DNA from: Camelus dromedarius | Lineage: Eukaryota | Assembly: GCF_036321535.1 (NCBI RefSeq) | Contig: NC_087447.1 | Coordinates: 46,130,001-46,194,000, forward strand | Length of the DNA stretch: 64,000 nt | Direction of reading: 5' to 3' | In this document: positions 48,700-61,731 of the stretch, one piece after another | Layout: every line of letters starts with the position of its first letter | How positions within the stretch are numbered: the stretch's first letter is position 1 | Translations under genes and position numbers: made by a program | Notes under the pieces: model-generated | Told to the model about the DNA's origin: nothing | Databases searched by the model: none | What the model saw: only the letters and a program-made list of their open reading frames with translations

Positions 48700-49650
48700 A
48701 ATTATAGCAATGTTTTCCTAGGTCAGCCTAGCAAGACAATAGAAATAAAAGCAAAAATAAACAAATGGAACCTAATTAAACTTACAAGCTTTCGCACGAC
48801 AAAAGCAACCATAAACAAAATGAAAAGACAACCTACAAAACAGGAGAAAATACTTGCAAATGAGGAGACTGACAAGGGCTTAATTTCCAGAATACACAGC
48901 TCATACAACTCAATAGCAAAAAAACAAACAACTCAATCAAAAAATGGTTAGAAAACCTAACAAACATTCCTCCAGTGAAGACATATAGATAGCTAGCAGG
49001 CCCATGAAAAGATCCTCAATGTTGCTAATTATTAGAGAAATGCAAATGAAAACTGCAATGAGGTATCATCTGATACCAGTCAGAATGACCATCATTAAAA
49101 AGTTCACAAATGATAAATACTGGAGAGGGTGCAGAGAAGAGGGGACCCTCCTACACTGTTGGTGGGAATGTATTTTCCTGTAGCCATTATGGGAAATAGT
49201 ATGGAGATTCCTTTAAAAATTAAAAATAGACTTACCCTGTGATCCAGCAATCCCACTCCTGGGAATGTATCTGGAGGAAACTAATTCAAAAAGATATATG
49301 CACCCCAATGTTCATAGCAGCACAATTTTCAATAGCCAGGCCATGGAAGCAACCTAAATGTCCATCAACAGATGATAGGAAAGAGAAGTTATGGTGTATA
49401 TATATGCGATGAAATACCACTCAGCCATAAAAAAGAATGAAATAATGCCATTTGCAGGAACATGGATGGACCTAGAGATTGTCATATTAAATGAAGCAAG
49501 CCAGAAAGACAAAGAAAAATACCATATGATATCACTTACATGTGGAATCTAGAAAAATGACACAAACTTGTTTACAAAACAAAAAGTGACTCACAGACAT
49601 AGAAAACAAACTTATGATTACCAAAGTGGAAAGGAGGGGGAAGGATAAGT
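48700..49650 (+). mobile_element. L1 ORF2 C-terminus and partial 3' UTR
   Basis: 'KAKINKWNLIKLTSFRTTKATINKMKRQPT' followed by L1 3' UTR motifs. Confidence 0.9.
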
Positions 49651-50625
49651 TAATATATAAACAGCTCATACAACTTAAAAAAAAAAAAAACCCAATCCAA
49701 AAATGAGCAGAAGACCTAAAGAAGAAATTCTCCACTGAAGACATACAAATGGCCAATAGGCACATGAAAAAATTCTCAATATCACTAATTAGCAGAAAAA
49801 TGCACATCAAAACTACAATGAGATATCACCTTACACCAGTCAGAATGGCCATCATTCAAAAGTCCACTAACAATAAATGCTGGAGAGGGTCTGGAGAAAA
49901 GGGAACCCTCCTACACTGCTGGTGGGAATGTAATTTGGTGCAGCCATTATGGAAAACAGTGTGCAGATTCCTCAAAAAACTAAAAATAGATTTACCATAT
50001 GACCAGCAATTCTACTCCTGGGCATATATCCAGAGAGAACTTTAATTTTAAAACATACAGGCACCTCAGTGTTCATAGCAGCACTATTTACAGTAGCCAA
50101 GACATGGAAACAACCCATGCCCATCGACAGATGACTGGATGCAGAAGTTGTGGTATATACATACAATGGAATACTGCTCAACCATAAAAAATAATAAAAT
50201 ACTGCCATTTGCAGCAACATAGATGGAACTGAAGGTTGTCATTCTAAGTGGATTAAGCCAGAAATAGAAAGAAAAATACCATATGATATCACTTATATGT
50301 GGAATATAAAAAAAATTATATAAATGAACTTACTTACAAAAGAGAAACACATTCACATAGAGAACTAACTTATGGATACCAGGAAGGAAAAGGGAGTAGT
50401 AAGGGATAGATTGGGGGTTCAAGATTTGCAGATACTAACCACTATATATGAAATAGATAAACAAGTTTCTACTGTATAGCACGAGGAATTATATTCAATA
50501 TGTTATAGTAACCTATACTGAAAAAGAATATGAAAAGGAATATATGTATGTATCTGTATGACTGAAACATTATGCTGCGCACCAGGAATTAACATAACAC
50601 TATAAGCTGACTATACTTAAAATTT
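49651..50625 (+). mobile_element. Second tandem L1 3' end
   Basis: '[44 protein letters not shown]' and full 3' UTR ending 'ctgactatactt'. Confidence 0.9.
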
Positions 50626-52369
50626 TTTAAATAGTTAAAAACGGGGATGAGAAGTGAATTTTCATCCTTGGAAATACAGAATCATCCACTTTAAGCAAGT
50701 ACAGAGACCAAGTTTGGTCACACGGTAGTACTGAGCTTCCACACGTCTCCATCCCAGCTCTTTGTCTGTGTCTCCTGATCTTCCCTCACCTACATGCGCC
50801 TTCTCATTTTTCCCCTTATCCACTAGCCAGCCAGTAACTGAGAATTTGAGAGGGGAGATTAAATAGAAAATTCAGGAAGGGGACACTAGAGGGAGAGGAG
50901 ATTAGGATGAAAAGGAAAGAAGGTTGAGAACGAGAACCACAAACAGACATAGAAGAGAGTAGAAAAGAGTGGAGGAGGGAAAGCTGCCTTGCTCACGCTG
51001 GTTTCTGAGATAATGGTGTGTGACTGTGTTCTGGTTGCTGGTTGGGACAGAGATAGTGAAACTAATGAGTCCTGTGGAGATAGCCCATTTGTATCCCTGA
51101 CTTAAGTTGCAGTATTCCTTGCAATCCTTTGCATCAGATAGCCAAACCCAGAGAGAAAGAGGCAGGGAGAGAAAGGATAAGGTCTCCTAATGTGATCTGG
51201 GGGAAGGAACCCTGGACCAGGATGCCTGGTTTTCCATCCCAGTGCCGGCTCTTCTGTTACTGTGATAGTGAACAAACCCCCTTGCACCTTTCTGTCTCGT
51301 CATCTTTTCCTCTGTGTGCTTCCTACTTTCTCTTCTGTGCTCTCTCCCTCTCTGAGTTTCCACCTTTTAGCCTGGGCCCAAGTTTATCCAGAGGGGATTT
51401 TAGTTTTGGTGGTGGCTGAAGGGTCAGGGGGAGAGAAAAATCTTAGTGGAGAGAAACTTGTGAAATGGTATATGTAAAACTGTTCCATTCTGTGAAGGGA
51501 CACACTGTGTCTGTGGCTGAGCATGTGATTATGTGTGTCTGTATATGTCACTGGGCAAAATGCGCGAGCAAGGCTGTATTTAGAAGACACAGGTCCACAT
51601 ATCTAGGTAAGATAGTTTTTGGAGTGTCCGTGCTTCAGGGCCCTTTCCTGGTGTGGAGAAAATTGAGAGATGAATAATCCAGATATCAATGGGACGGCCT
51701 TCCTGTCTTCCCTTCCCTTCTTTTATTTTTCCACCCAGTCTTTTAATAATTAGTCTCCTCAGTCCCGAAGCTGCCACTCAAAGAACTTTTACTCCAGCCT
51801 GGTAGCTACACAGCACAGTGACCACAAGCCTCAGCCCCAGTTGCAGAGATGGGGAACATGAAGCAGGGATATTTTATCTCAAGCACAGTGTCTTGGGCAT
51901 CTGGGAAATGATGCAGGCAGGAGGTGGGGCAGCATCACCAGTGCTCTGAGCCGTCCCACTCTGTGTGACTCGGGGCCTCTGGGCTGTGGGCGGGGAGGTG
52001 GGCGGCGGGGCTGCGGAGCGCTCTCCTTGGTGAGGCTGAGCAGCTGCAGGCTGCTGTAGCTTTCTTCTCTGCCTGTCCACCCTCTTCAGCTGTGCTCTGC
52101 TGTTTCCTCCTGACTCCCCTATCTCTGGGGTGGCAAGGAGAGAGTCAGCCTCTTCCAGATGACTTGCCCAGAATAACTTTTCTTGATGCCCCGCACCTCT
52201 CTTTGTCCTGAATTACTTAACGTGTGGCACAAGAAAGGCTTTACTTAAAAATAGGAGCTAAAGTACCAGGAATAAGGCTGTCTCATGAGGGGAGGGGCAA
52301 GTTCTTTGTCACTGGAGGTTTCTCACGAGTATCTGGAAACTCCCTGCCAAGAATTCACCAGATGTCTGG

Positions 52370-52515
52370 TCTCAATCGAGTCACCCAACCTCTCTCAACC
52401 CGCTTCCTCATCTGTGACGCGGAGAGGAGGATTCCTACTTCACAGGCTACTGTGAGGAATCATTACAGGAGACACTTGTCTGGAGCAGTAGCACCACTCA
52501 GCACACAGCACACAG
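52370..52515 (+). mobile_element. MIR fragment
   Basis: 'gagtcacccaacctctctc...ttcctcatctgtga...ctacttcacaggctactgtgagga'. Confidence 0.55.
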
Positions 52516-53029
52516 CAATGATCAGAAGTTGTGGTTCATTTGTAAGTCCCTTTTATCTGAAGTGGAGACCACCTCAGAGAGAAAGTGACCTTAGAGGCAG
52601 TCAGGTGTGCCTTTTGCAGGGCTGAGCGCACAGACAGACAGACTCACCAGGGAAGGGGAGTGGCAGTGGAGCGTCAGGTCCTGCAGGGCTTAGAGTGTGG
52701 GGAGCAAAAGAGCTGGAGTATTTATCCTGTAATTAGGGCCCTGGCTCAGAGTAAAACTTCCTTGGGGATGAAGGTAATAAAAAGACCTCTGGGATGCTGG
52801 AAAGAGGCAGAAAATAGAAGCTGGGAAATTTGGGCTGTGGTTGGGTAGAGCTGAAGAACAGGACAGCAGAGAAGATCTACCCTGAACGTTCAGTGTGGGT
52901 AGGATGGGGGTAGGTGGAGAGACCCCTGAGCACAAATAATGCTAAAGGCTTTTTGGCATAGAAGCACTAATTTGCTTTTCCTCTTGGTCCCTTCCATCTG
53001 TCCCAAATATTTGCTTCTTGGTGTTTCCT

Positions 53030-53160
53030 TTGGGAAAGCTACTTAACTTCTCTGATGTCATTTCTTCATCTGTAAAATAGGGAGGTAATAAATATTAAAT
53101 GAGGTGGTATAAGGGCACATAGCATTTGCCTGGCTTATGCCAAGCACTCAATAAAAAGTA
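53030..53160 (+). mobile_element. MIR fragment
   Basis: 'ctacttaacttctctg...ttcttcatctgtaaaataggg...gcactcaataaa'. Confidence 0.6.
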
Positions 53161-54404
53161 GGGTTTTTAAAAATTATTTTATCCAATTCACTGATCACTG
53201 ACTGAGCATCTGTTACATGCGAGGGACTATGCTAGCTGTTTGGGCACAGAGTTGAAGGATTACGCCCCTGTTCTCAAGGAGGTCATAGTCTGGATTGGAG
53301 AATGGACAGACATATACAAGTTAGTTACAACTCAGTGAGATACATGTAGGCATAGAAATGACACAGAGACTCATTTAGCAGGGAAGGAGCTAGCTCTGTC
53401 AAAGTTAATGATTTACGGTTTAGAAGTATAAGGTGGACTTGGAGGAAAGGGCACACAGGGGGAGAAGACGGCATGTGTAAAACACGACAGGCGAGGCCCA
53501 ATGAGTATTTCCTGGGAACCACCGAGCCCAGTTCAAAGTTTACATTTTTATGAGTCTTCTCTGATACTCTGAGCCCCAGTGAGTGTCTTTTCTCCTCTCT
53601 TGTCCACACAACATCTTATCAAATGCTGTTTGTGTGACACTGTCTATGTTAAATCTTGTTGGCTTTACCTTAGATAAATTAAGTAACAGTTCTTAGCCTC
53701 TAGTTTCCCATCTGTAAAAATGGGGGGTGTTGTCGTATTACACATAAGATATTTAACACGGTGCCTGGAATATAGTAAATTCTCAACAGACTGTTGTTAC
53801 GATCTCTACGTTATTCTCTTTCAGTCATCTTCCTACACGGTGGGTTTTGTGAAGGCACATATCAGGGTAGTCCATATTTTGATCTGATGGTGCTTGAAAG
53901 AAGATCATGATGAAGTTAGGTTTTGGGAGAAGACTGCTGAATGAACAGATGGGATTCTAATCAGATGTAGGCCAGGAGGACATGAAGCTTGATTTCAGAC
54001 AATCATTAAGTCAACAGATATATAATGATGACTCAGTATGTATCTGACATTGTCTTGGAGATACAAAGGATTGAAACGATTCCTGATTTAAGGAGCTTTC
54101 ATGTAGGTGGTGGAGGGAAAAGCTAGTGGGGGACAGCATGGCCCAGATGATAGAGAGGAGCTCATCCTTCAAGAATTAAGTTTCAGGTATCCTGAGTTTT
54201 GGCCATTCTCCCACTTAGTTCCTTCAGAAATACAACTGATTCTAATAAAAGGGATACATGGCAATGGGAGATAAATGAGATGACTCTTAAATTTTACGTG
54301 AGCATCACAGCACTCAGAGCTGAGCCTAGGATCTCCATTATCTTGATGGGGCTCGGGGATAGGCATGGCTACTCATTGTTAACTTGGGATATGACTGGGC
54401 AGAT

Positions 54405-55725
54405 CTTTATTCAACTAATGATATTTGTTCTACAGAATATTATTGAGCACCTATTATGTGTCAGCATCTTTCTAAGTACTAGGAATGTAGTAGTGAACAG
54501 AGAAGGCAAAATCCTTGGAACTTCCAAGTTAGTAAGAGAGTTTTATTTAAAAAGATGCATAACATTAATAAGTATTGAATAAAAAAGTATTGAGACAGGG
54601 TAAGAAAGAAAATAGGAGATGAAGATAGAAAATGACATGGAACACGTTTTTAGGCAGATTGGTCATGGGCAGCCTTTCTGAGGAGGTGACATTTGAGTAG
54701 AGATTTTGATGAAACACATGAGCAAGACATACAGCTGAATGAAGGACAATGTGCCAGGTGGAGGGACCAGCAGATGCAAAGGCCTTGAGGTCTGTGTTTG
54801 GTGAATTTGAGGGACAGTATCAGTCCAGTTACTGAGTGAAGCGACTGAGAGGAGAAGGTAGGAGATGAAACTGGAGAGGCAGCCAAGATTCAGATAAGAA
54901 GGGGTATCGTAAGCCATGGCGAAAACTAGAACTTGTTTGAAGTATAGTGGAAAGCTGTTGGACAGTTTTGAACAGGATTCTGTTATGCTGTGACTGAAGT
55001 TTTAAAAGGTCTACTCTGAGTTCTATATGGGGGACAAGGATGTAAGAGAGAAGCTAATTCAAAAGTTATTATTATAGTCAAAGGGTGAAATGATGGTCTG
55101 AGCCAGCGAAGCAATGGTAAAGACAATAAAAATCGATTATATTTGGAATATCCTCTGAAGAGGCAGTGGATAGGACTTATTGATGGATTGATTGGATGTA
55201 GGGGTATGAGAATATGCTGAACTTCAGACTGGGGACTTCCAGCCTGAAGAACTGGGTGAATCGGAGGGCTTTAGCACAATGGGAAACAGTGAGATTAAAG
55301 TAGGTTTACAAAGATGGAGGAAGAAAGGAATCAGAGTTCTGCTTTGGACATGTAAGCTTGGAAATATACACTCGTCTATGAAGAATAGATTTCAAGTAAG
55401 CAAGTTGCATTTACCAACTTGCAGTTCAGGGGAGATACCTGAGTTGAAGCTCTACATTTGAGAGTCATCAAAGAATCAATAGAGCCATGAGAAATGAATA
55501 AAGCACCAAAAGAATGAATATAGTGAGAGAAGAGACTCCAACATAAGAGGCTGGGACGAGAACTAGACAGTAAAGAGTATTCAGACGACATAGTGAGGTA
55601 AGAAGAAAACCTTAGCAGACAGTCATTTAGGAAACAAGGAAGTAGAGAGTATGTGTGTCTGCCACATGTTGCCAGAGAGCTGGGTAAGATGGGGTTTAAG
55701 AACTGATTATTTGTAGTTACCAATA
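54405..55725 (-). mobile_element. L2 LINE fragment
   Basis: L2 3' end 'tattgagcacctattatgtg...' plus 'gaggaggtgacatttgag', 'gcaaaggccttgagg', 'tttggacatgtaag'. Confidence 0.75.
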
Positions 55726-58127
55726 CTGTATCATTTCCCTGATACTTGACTCACACTTAATTTGTCACTCACAACCTTAGCCCACAGCTCTGTCCAAATC
55801 AAATAAAAAAAGTGAGTGGAAACCCTGAGCTAGCTGTGCCTGCACCCCATTTTATAAGTCGCACTCAGAAAGCCCCCACAGCAGGCGTCCGTTTGCGTGT
55901 TCTGAGGAGGCTCTGTTTCTCAGCAGGCACTGCAGGGAAGGAGGGTGAGGGTGGAGGGAGGCTCAGCGGTTGCTGAAAGGAGACTACGCTCTGCCTCAAG
56001 GGAGTCATGACTGACGCAGTAGAATGGTGAGGGAGGCCAGGAGCAAGAGCCCCGGAAGACTAGGGACTGGGACAGAGAAAGTCCCCAGAGCCACCCCCAG
56101 GAGGACACCAGGCCCATCGTGGGTCCCTTTCAGGATGTGCTTTGGGGACAGGCCTGCTGTTTCCTTTTTCTTTTGGGAAAAGAGTAACTGATTATGGGGA
56201 CGCAGCCAGACCGCTTTATAACTCCGTTTTCCCCACCCTTCTCTCACAAAGAGAGGAGAACGGCATCAGCTTGTCCTGAAGCTGCAGAAAATGACCTGAG
56301 CCTCATGCTGCAGGGGGAGAGCATGCTGGGTCTGCAGTGGTCGGGGAAGACCAGGGGTACACAGGGCACAGGGAGGGAGCTGGCTCAACTCGGGTGAGAG
56401 GCAAGCAGACCAGGGAGGGGGACTTATGCTGGGGTCTGCTGGCTGCTAGAGGGCTGGAGCAGGAGACCTAAGGGGCCCAGGGCAGGGAGAGAGGCTGTGT
56501 GAGCTGCAGCCAGCAAGAAAAACTAGGACAACCAGGATAATGGCAGAAATCAGGCTGAAAATAGTGGTCACTAGAGGGAGTCCCCAAAGGCTGAGTGAAG
56601 GGCCCACAGAAGGAAGAATGCTTAATGGTTGAGGGGAGTAGGCTCGGTCAGGGCATGAGCTGTGGAATGCACAGGGCAGAGGCATCTCTCGTGTACCATT
56701 CATGCCCAGACAGATCGTTTACCCTTGTCTTTGGCACCACCTCATCTCCTGATTTTCTTGTCTTCTGTCATCCTTATCCTTGTAAGTCTGTCTCCATCTA
56801 ACAGGATATTTTCTCTTTAGCCTCCTCAAGTGCTTTATCTTCTACAAGCCTCAGATCCTTCCATCCCACCACTATTAGAAGAAACACTTTTCTGTCTCCC
56901 AGGTCTGTTCTCCTGTACTGTGTGTTAGGGAGCAGCTCAAGAAGACCTTCTCTAAATAACCTGGACCAGGGTAGTCGCATCCTTCCTGTTAGGGCTACCT
57001 GCTCTCCTCCTGTTTCACAGTCTTGCCCTACCTCCGCCTTAGCTGCTGTAATAGTCTGGGGCGGGGGGGGGGGGAGAGAAATCCAAAATAAGGAGATAGA
57101 AGAGACAGGTCAGTTCTCTTGCTTATTAAAGATTTCAGCAACAACCAGCTGTATCTTTCCATTACGGTCCTATAGACAGAATCCTGGCATAGGAGTCAGA
57201 AGATGTGGAATTTAGTCCTTTATCTACTACTTACTTCCACCATGATCATTTGGGGACTCAGTTTTCCAAATATGCCATTGTAAAGTTCTCTCAGGACCGA
57301 GGTGCAGCCCACCAAGTGGTTTACAGCTCTGACTGAATAGTCTCTAGGTAGGGAGCCACATCCACTTTGGGGAAGAAATGACAGGGGCTTTCGTATGTCA
57401 TTTGCTGACGTCTTGGCTGTGGGGGCAGGAAACGAAAGACAAGAACATGTAAGGACCAGACAAAACACTCATGCCAAGCAGGGTGACAAGTGTTGGGACT
57501 CTGAGAGGAGACCAGATAAGCAGAGTTGAATTGTGAATGAAATTATAGGTATATCTTTGTTGCATCTGGAAAGAGGGAAGCTTGTGGATTATTAGGCATT
57601 CTAAGCAGAATAGGGAGCTGTGAGACTGAGGTGTGGGCAGATGAACTGGAGGGCCAGTGATGGTCAGCAGAAACACTCAGGTTGCAAGGGAGACAGGGGC
57701 ACTCAGGGAGGAAGAGAGCCCTGTCTGGAATTGGAGAAAGCACATTCATTTAGGATAAGGGTGACAACATGTATAAAATGCTATTCCTTTATTCATTTAG
57801 GAAGTATTTAGGAAGTGCCTATATCCGTGTGATGGATATAGTGGCAGTAAATGTAAACACAGCCCCATTGTCATGGGGCTTCCATGCTGTCCATGCCAAT
57901 GCTGAGTCCTAGAGAAAATGAAGATATCCATTAGACTTGGAGGAGGAGTTTCTAATAAAAAGTGGGCTTTCTTCGTAATCTAGTTAATCAAAACTGATGG
58001 AAGATTTCATAGAACTTCCATCTGTGGAGGGAATTAAAATTGCGAGATACCCAGTGAGTCTCAGTTTGGATTAGATGGTGATGAACTGTACAACAGCAGA
58101 AAGAAGGCAGTTTCTCCAGGAAGGGAG

Positions 58128-59480
58128 TCATTCATGCATTTATTTAAAAAGCACTTACTGAGCACCAACCATGTTCTGTGAAAGTAGACATGAATAAGTC
58201 ACAGTCCTTGTAAAACTCTCACAGTCCAGTGAATGGACAGGTAAGTGCGTTGGTGTCATAGATCATAGTCTCCTTGTGTTATTTAATTCAGCCTATTAAT
58301 GAGTCCTCACCCAAAACACTGAGAAAATCTGCCGGGAGGAGTCTGAGACAGCTTCACCGACCAGGTGGCAGGATCTTGGCCTGGTGTGGAAGTGGGCAGA
58401 AGGAAATATTCCAGAGAAATAACTGTGAGCTACAAGCATGACTATTTCAGCAAGTGGCAGACAATCCAATGTGGCTGAACCTAGGATGAATATTTAGAAT
58501 GTACTAGAATTCAGGCTAATAATTTAGGCAAGAACAAGTTTATAAATATGTTGAATAGTCTTAAATTTTCCTCGTAGTAATGAGATCTCAGGTGGTTTTC
58601 AGTAGGTCTGTCACACTGTGGTGGATAGATTGAGTGGGGGTAGAAAACTATAGGGGAAGACTTTACAATGACACAGGCAAGAGATTATGTGGCTTTGGGA
58701 AGACAAAATGGCACAGAGAGAAGCAGTGTGAGAGAATTCAGGGTAAGGATAAAAGGGCATCATTATTGAGAAAGAGCTGGCCAAAGGCTTTGTGACTGGA
58801 GCATAACAGAGAAGGGAGAGGTGGAAGGGATTGAAGCTGAAAAGTGGTTAGGTACCAGACCAGGCAGAGACTTGTAAACCGGGGCTAGGAGTGTGGATTG
58901 CATCCTTAGTGCAGTGGTAATTCCAAGAAGGTCTTAGGCAAGGCCTGGCATAATATAAATTTGCCTTTTTAGTAGTCTCTTCAGCTGCAGCACGGAGAAT
59001 GGATTATAGCTTGCCCAAGATTCAGACCAGGGAGGCTAGTGAGGAGGCTTTTGCAGTCTGGATGAAAGGTGATGGTGAGTCAATAAAGATGATGGCAGGA
59101 GAAAAGGAAAAGAGTAGGGAGGGAAACACATTTTGCAGATTGATAGGATTTGCTAATGAACCAGGTATGAAGAGGGAAGGGTTAAATTAAGGATTATCCC
59201 TGGGTTTCTGACCTGCTACAGGATGGATAGCAGTAACACTTACTAAGATGGGCAAGTCATTGGGAGGAAATAGTTTGTGGGGAGATAAAAAGATTTGTTT
59301 TGGCTGAGCTTTGTTTGAGATGCCTGAAGAACATCCAGGTGGGGATATCGCATAGGCAGTAGGATGTACTAGTCTGAAAGAGAGAGTAGAAGGTGTGCAC
59401 TTGGGAATTCCCTGAACAGAGATGGTAAAGATGCCAAGAGGAATGAAAGAGAACACCTAGAGAAGTGTGAGAATAAAAAG
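58128..59480 (-). mobile_element. L2 LINE fragments
   Basis: 'cattcatgcatttattt...cacttactgagcacc', 'gagatgcctgaagaacatccaggtgggga'. Confidence 0.55.
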
Positions 59481-60274
59481 AGAAGGAAGGAGAAGGAGAG
59501 AGTTGGGGGGAAAGGAAGTGATGACAGTGGACGGAAAGGAAGTAATAGAGATGGAAGCCAGGTTGGAAATGACTGGAAATTAAATGAGACGAGGAAGCAG
59601 AGATTTAATACAGTCAAACTTTTAAGCAAGTTGTGCTGTGAAGAGGAACAGAAATAAAGGGTGTTAGATGGAGGAAGATTTGAAGGCAAGGGATACAGGA
59701 TTGTGCTGGTGTTAATCAAGATAAGCCTTTTAGAAAACAGGCAGACTTGTGCTAGGAAGGAAAAGAGTAAGGACAGAGAGCATGTGTGCAGTGCCGCACA
59801 GTTTTCAGGGTCTGTTCTCATGCGTGGTGGCACCTTTCCTCATGATGAAAGTCAGTAAGGTGGTCATGGGAGGTATAGTTATTGCCTTTATTTATAGGTG
59901 AGGAAGCTACAACTTCGAAAATATCAATGATTAATGTAAGTTTCTGCTGATGGCCTTACATGGGCCCAAGTCCTTAGATTCTAAAGCTTTTCCCTGTATT
60001 CTGGTAATGAGTTAGAGTTTTATTTATTTAACATGATCACTCTGGATTTGAACTGTTTGTGGAGCAACAAGGTGGAAGCAGAAGAGTATAGTGATTGAAG
60101 ACACTGAATTTGAAGGCAGGGAAGCAGAATTCTCCAAATTCAAGTTTACCAACCATGTGATGGTCAGGAGGTAAATTAACCTTTAGTTTTCTCACTTAAA
60201 AAAAAATGCTCACATTTACTGAGCCCTTTTTAATGTTCTAGATTTGCACTATGTATTTTTAGTTAAAAAATTTC

Positions 60275-60790
60275 CCGTCTTATAGAGATATAGTTGACAA
60301 TGACATTGTAATAGTAAACACAATGATTTGATATACATGTATATATTGCAGAATGATTGACACGAGTTAACATCTGTCACCTCACATAGTTATAATTTTT
60401 TTTCTGGTGATGAGAACTTCAAGAGCTACTCTCATAGCAGCTTTCAAATATGCAATACAGCATTGTTAACTATAGTGACTATGCTGTATTTACATCCCCA
60501 GAACTTATTTATCTGATAACTGGAATTTTATTCCTTTTGACCACCTTCACCCATTTCCCCCAACTCCCACCTCTGCAACCACCAATCTTTATTTTCATGA
60601 GTTCATTTTTTTAGATTCCACGTATAAGTGAGATCACACAGCATTTTTTTTTCTGTCTGACTTATTTCACTTAGCATGATGCCCTCAGTGTCCCTCCACA
60701 TTGTCACAGATGGCAGGATTTTCTTATTTGTTGCGGCTATATAGTATTCCATTGTATACATACCACATTTTCTTTATCCACTCATCCATT
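60275..60790 (-). mobile_element. L1MA-type 3' end
   Basis: 'cacctcacatagtta...tgttaactatagt...ccccagaacttattt...ttagattccacgtataagtgagatca'. Confidence 0.8.
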
Positions 60791-61731
60791 GTGCTAAGTG
60801 TTTTAAAACATTATCTCAAAAAATCCTCAGAAGAATCTTTTTATGTAGGAACTGAGAAGAAAAGAGAAGGGACACAGGTCAAAATTGGGGAAACAAATGA
60901 CTATGCATTTTCAAAGTAAATGATGATAGAAGAGGGGAAAAGGAGACAAAGGGATCCCAGAAGGAAAAAGAATAATGTGAAATTCCAAGAAATTCAGGGG
61001 TCAGTCTTGCAAAAAGGTGAGAGTGGAGCATCTCTTCTTCTGAATGTCATGAATGCTAGAAAGAAAAGTAGGTGAAGTTGGAAGTCTATAGAGATGAAAG
61101 TTAAAGTTGCTTGAAGAAGAACAATAGGACTTCTCACGTTCTCAAGTTAGCTGGAGGTGGGGCTTTATGGCGAGATTTCTGAGTATCAACTAGGGACCTA
61201 TTTAACCTCTCCTAGAATCTATAGAACTTGGAGGGAAGTAAATTATTAGAAGGTCCTGGGCTTAATTGTTTTTTATACAACCAAGCGTGACATTTCAGGA
61301 CAGAGACTCCCCTTTCATAATTGAGGCTGAGATGGGAGGAAGAAGGAAGACAGTGAGTGTTCTGGGGTAAGATTTGAATTAGACAGGTGCCTATATCCTT
61401 TATAAAGCTGTCCTTGGCCACACAAAGACCACAGAAAGCTCTTCATCCACTCAGTTCGTTTATGAAGGCTGCCTTCCAGCTCATTTCTATGTAATGTCCT
61501 GACCACCCAACAGTTTTATAAGCATCTTGAGGGCAGAGATGATGTATAATGTTCTACAGTGTATATTAGGATTATTGTCTAATCTCTTTTAAGGTCCAGA
61601 AATAGGATCAAGGGTTAATTCTTCCACATAAATGATCCGAGTTTTAACTTGAACACTGTAATTCTGCTGACGTTGGATACTCCCTGGAGGGGCCCTGTGG
61701 AATTAGACAAGGGAAAGAATTCCCAGTGGCC

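Noticed and set aside
51040..58600. Firm identification of the class I OR J element
   Set aside because: Only imperfect motif matches; the assignment needs an alignment and is kept only as a low-confidence candidate.
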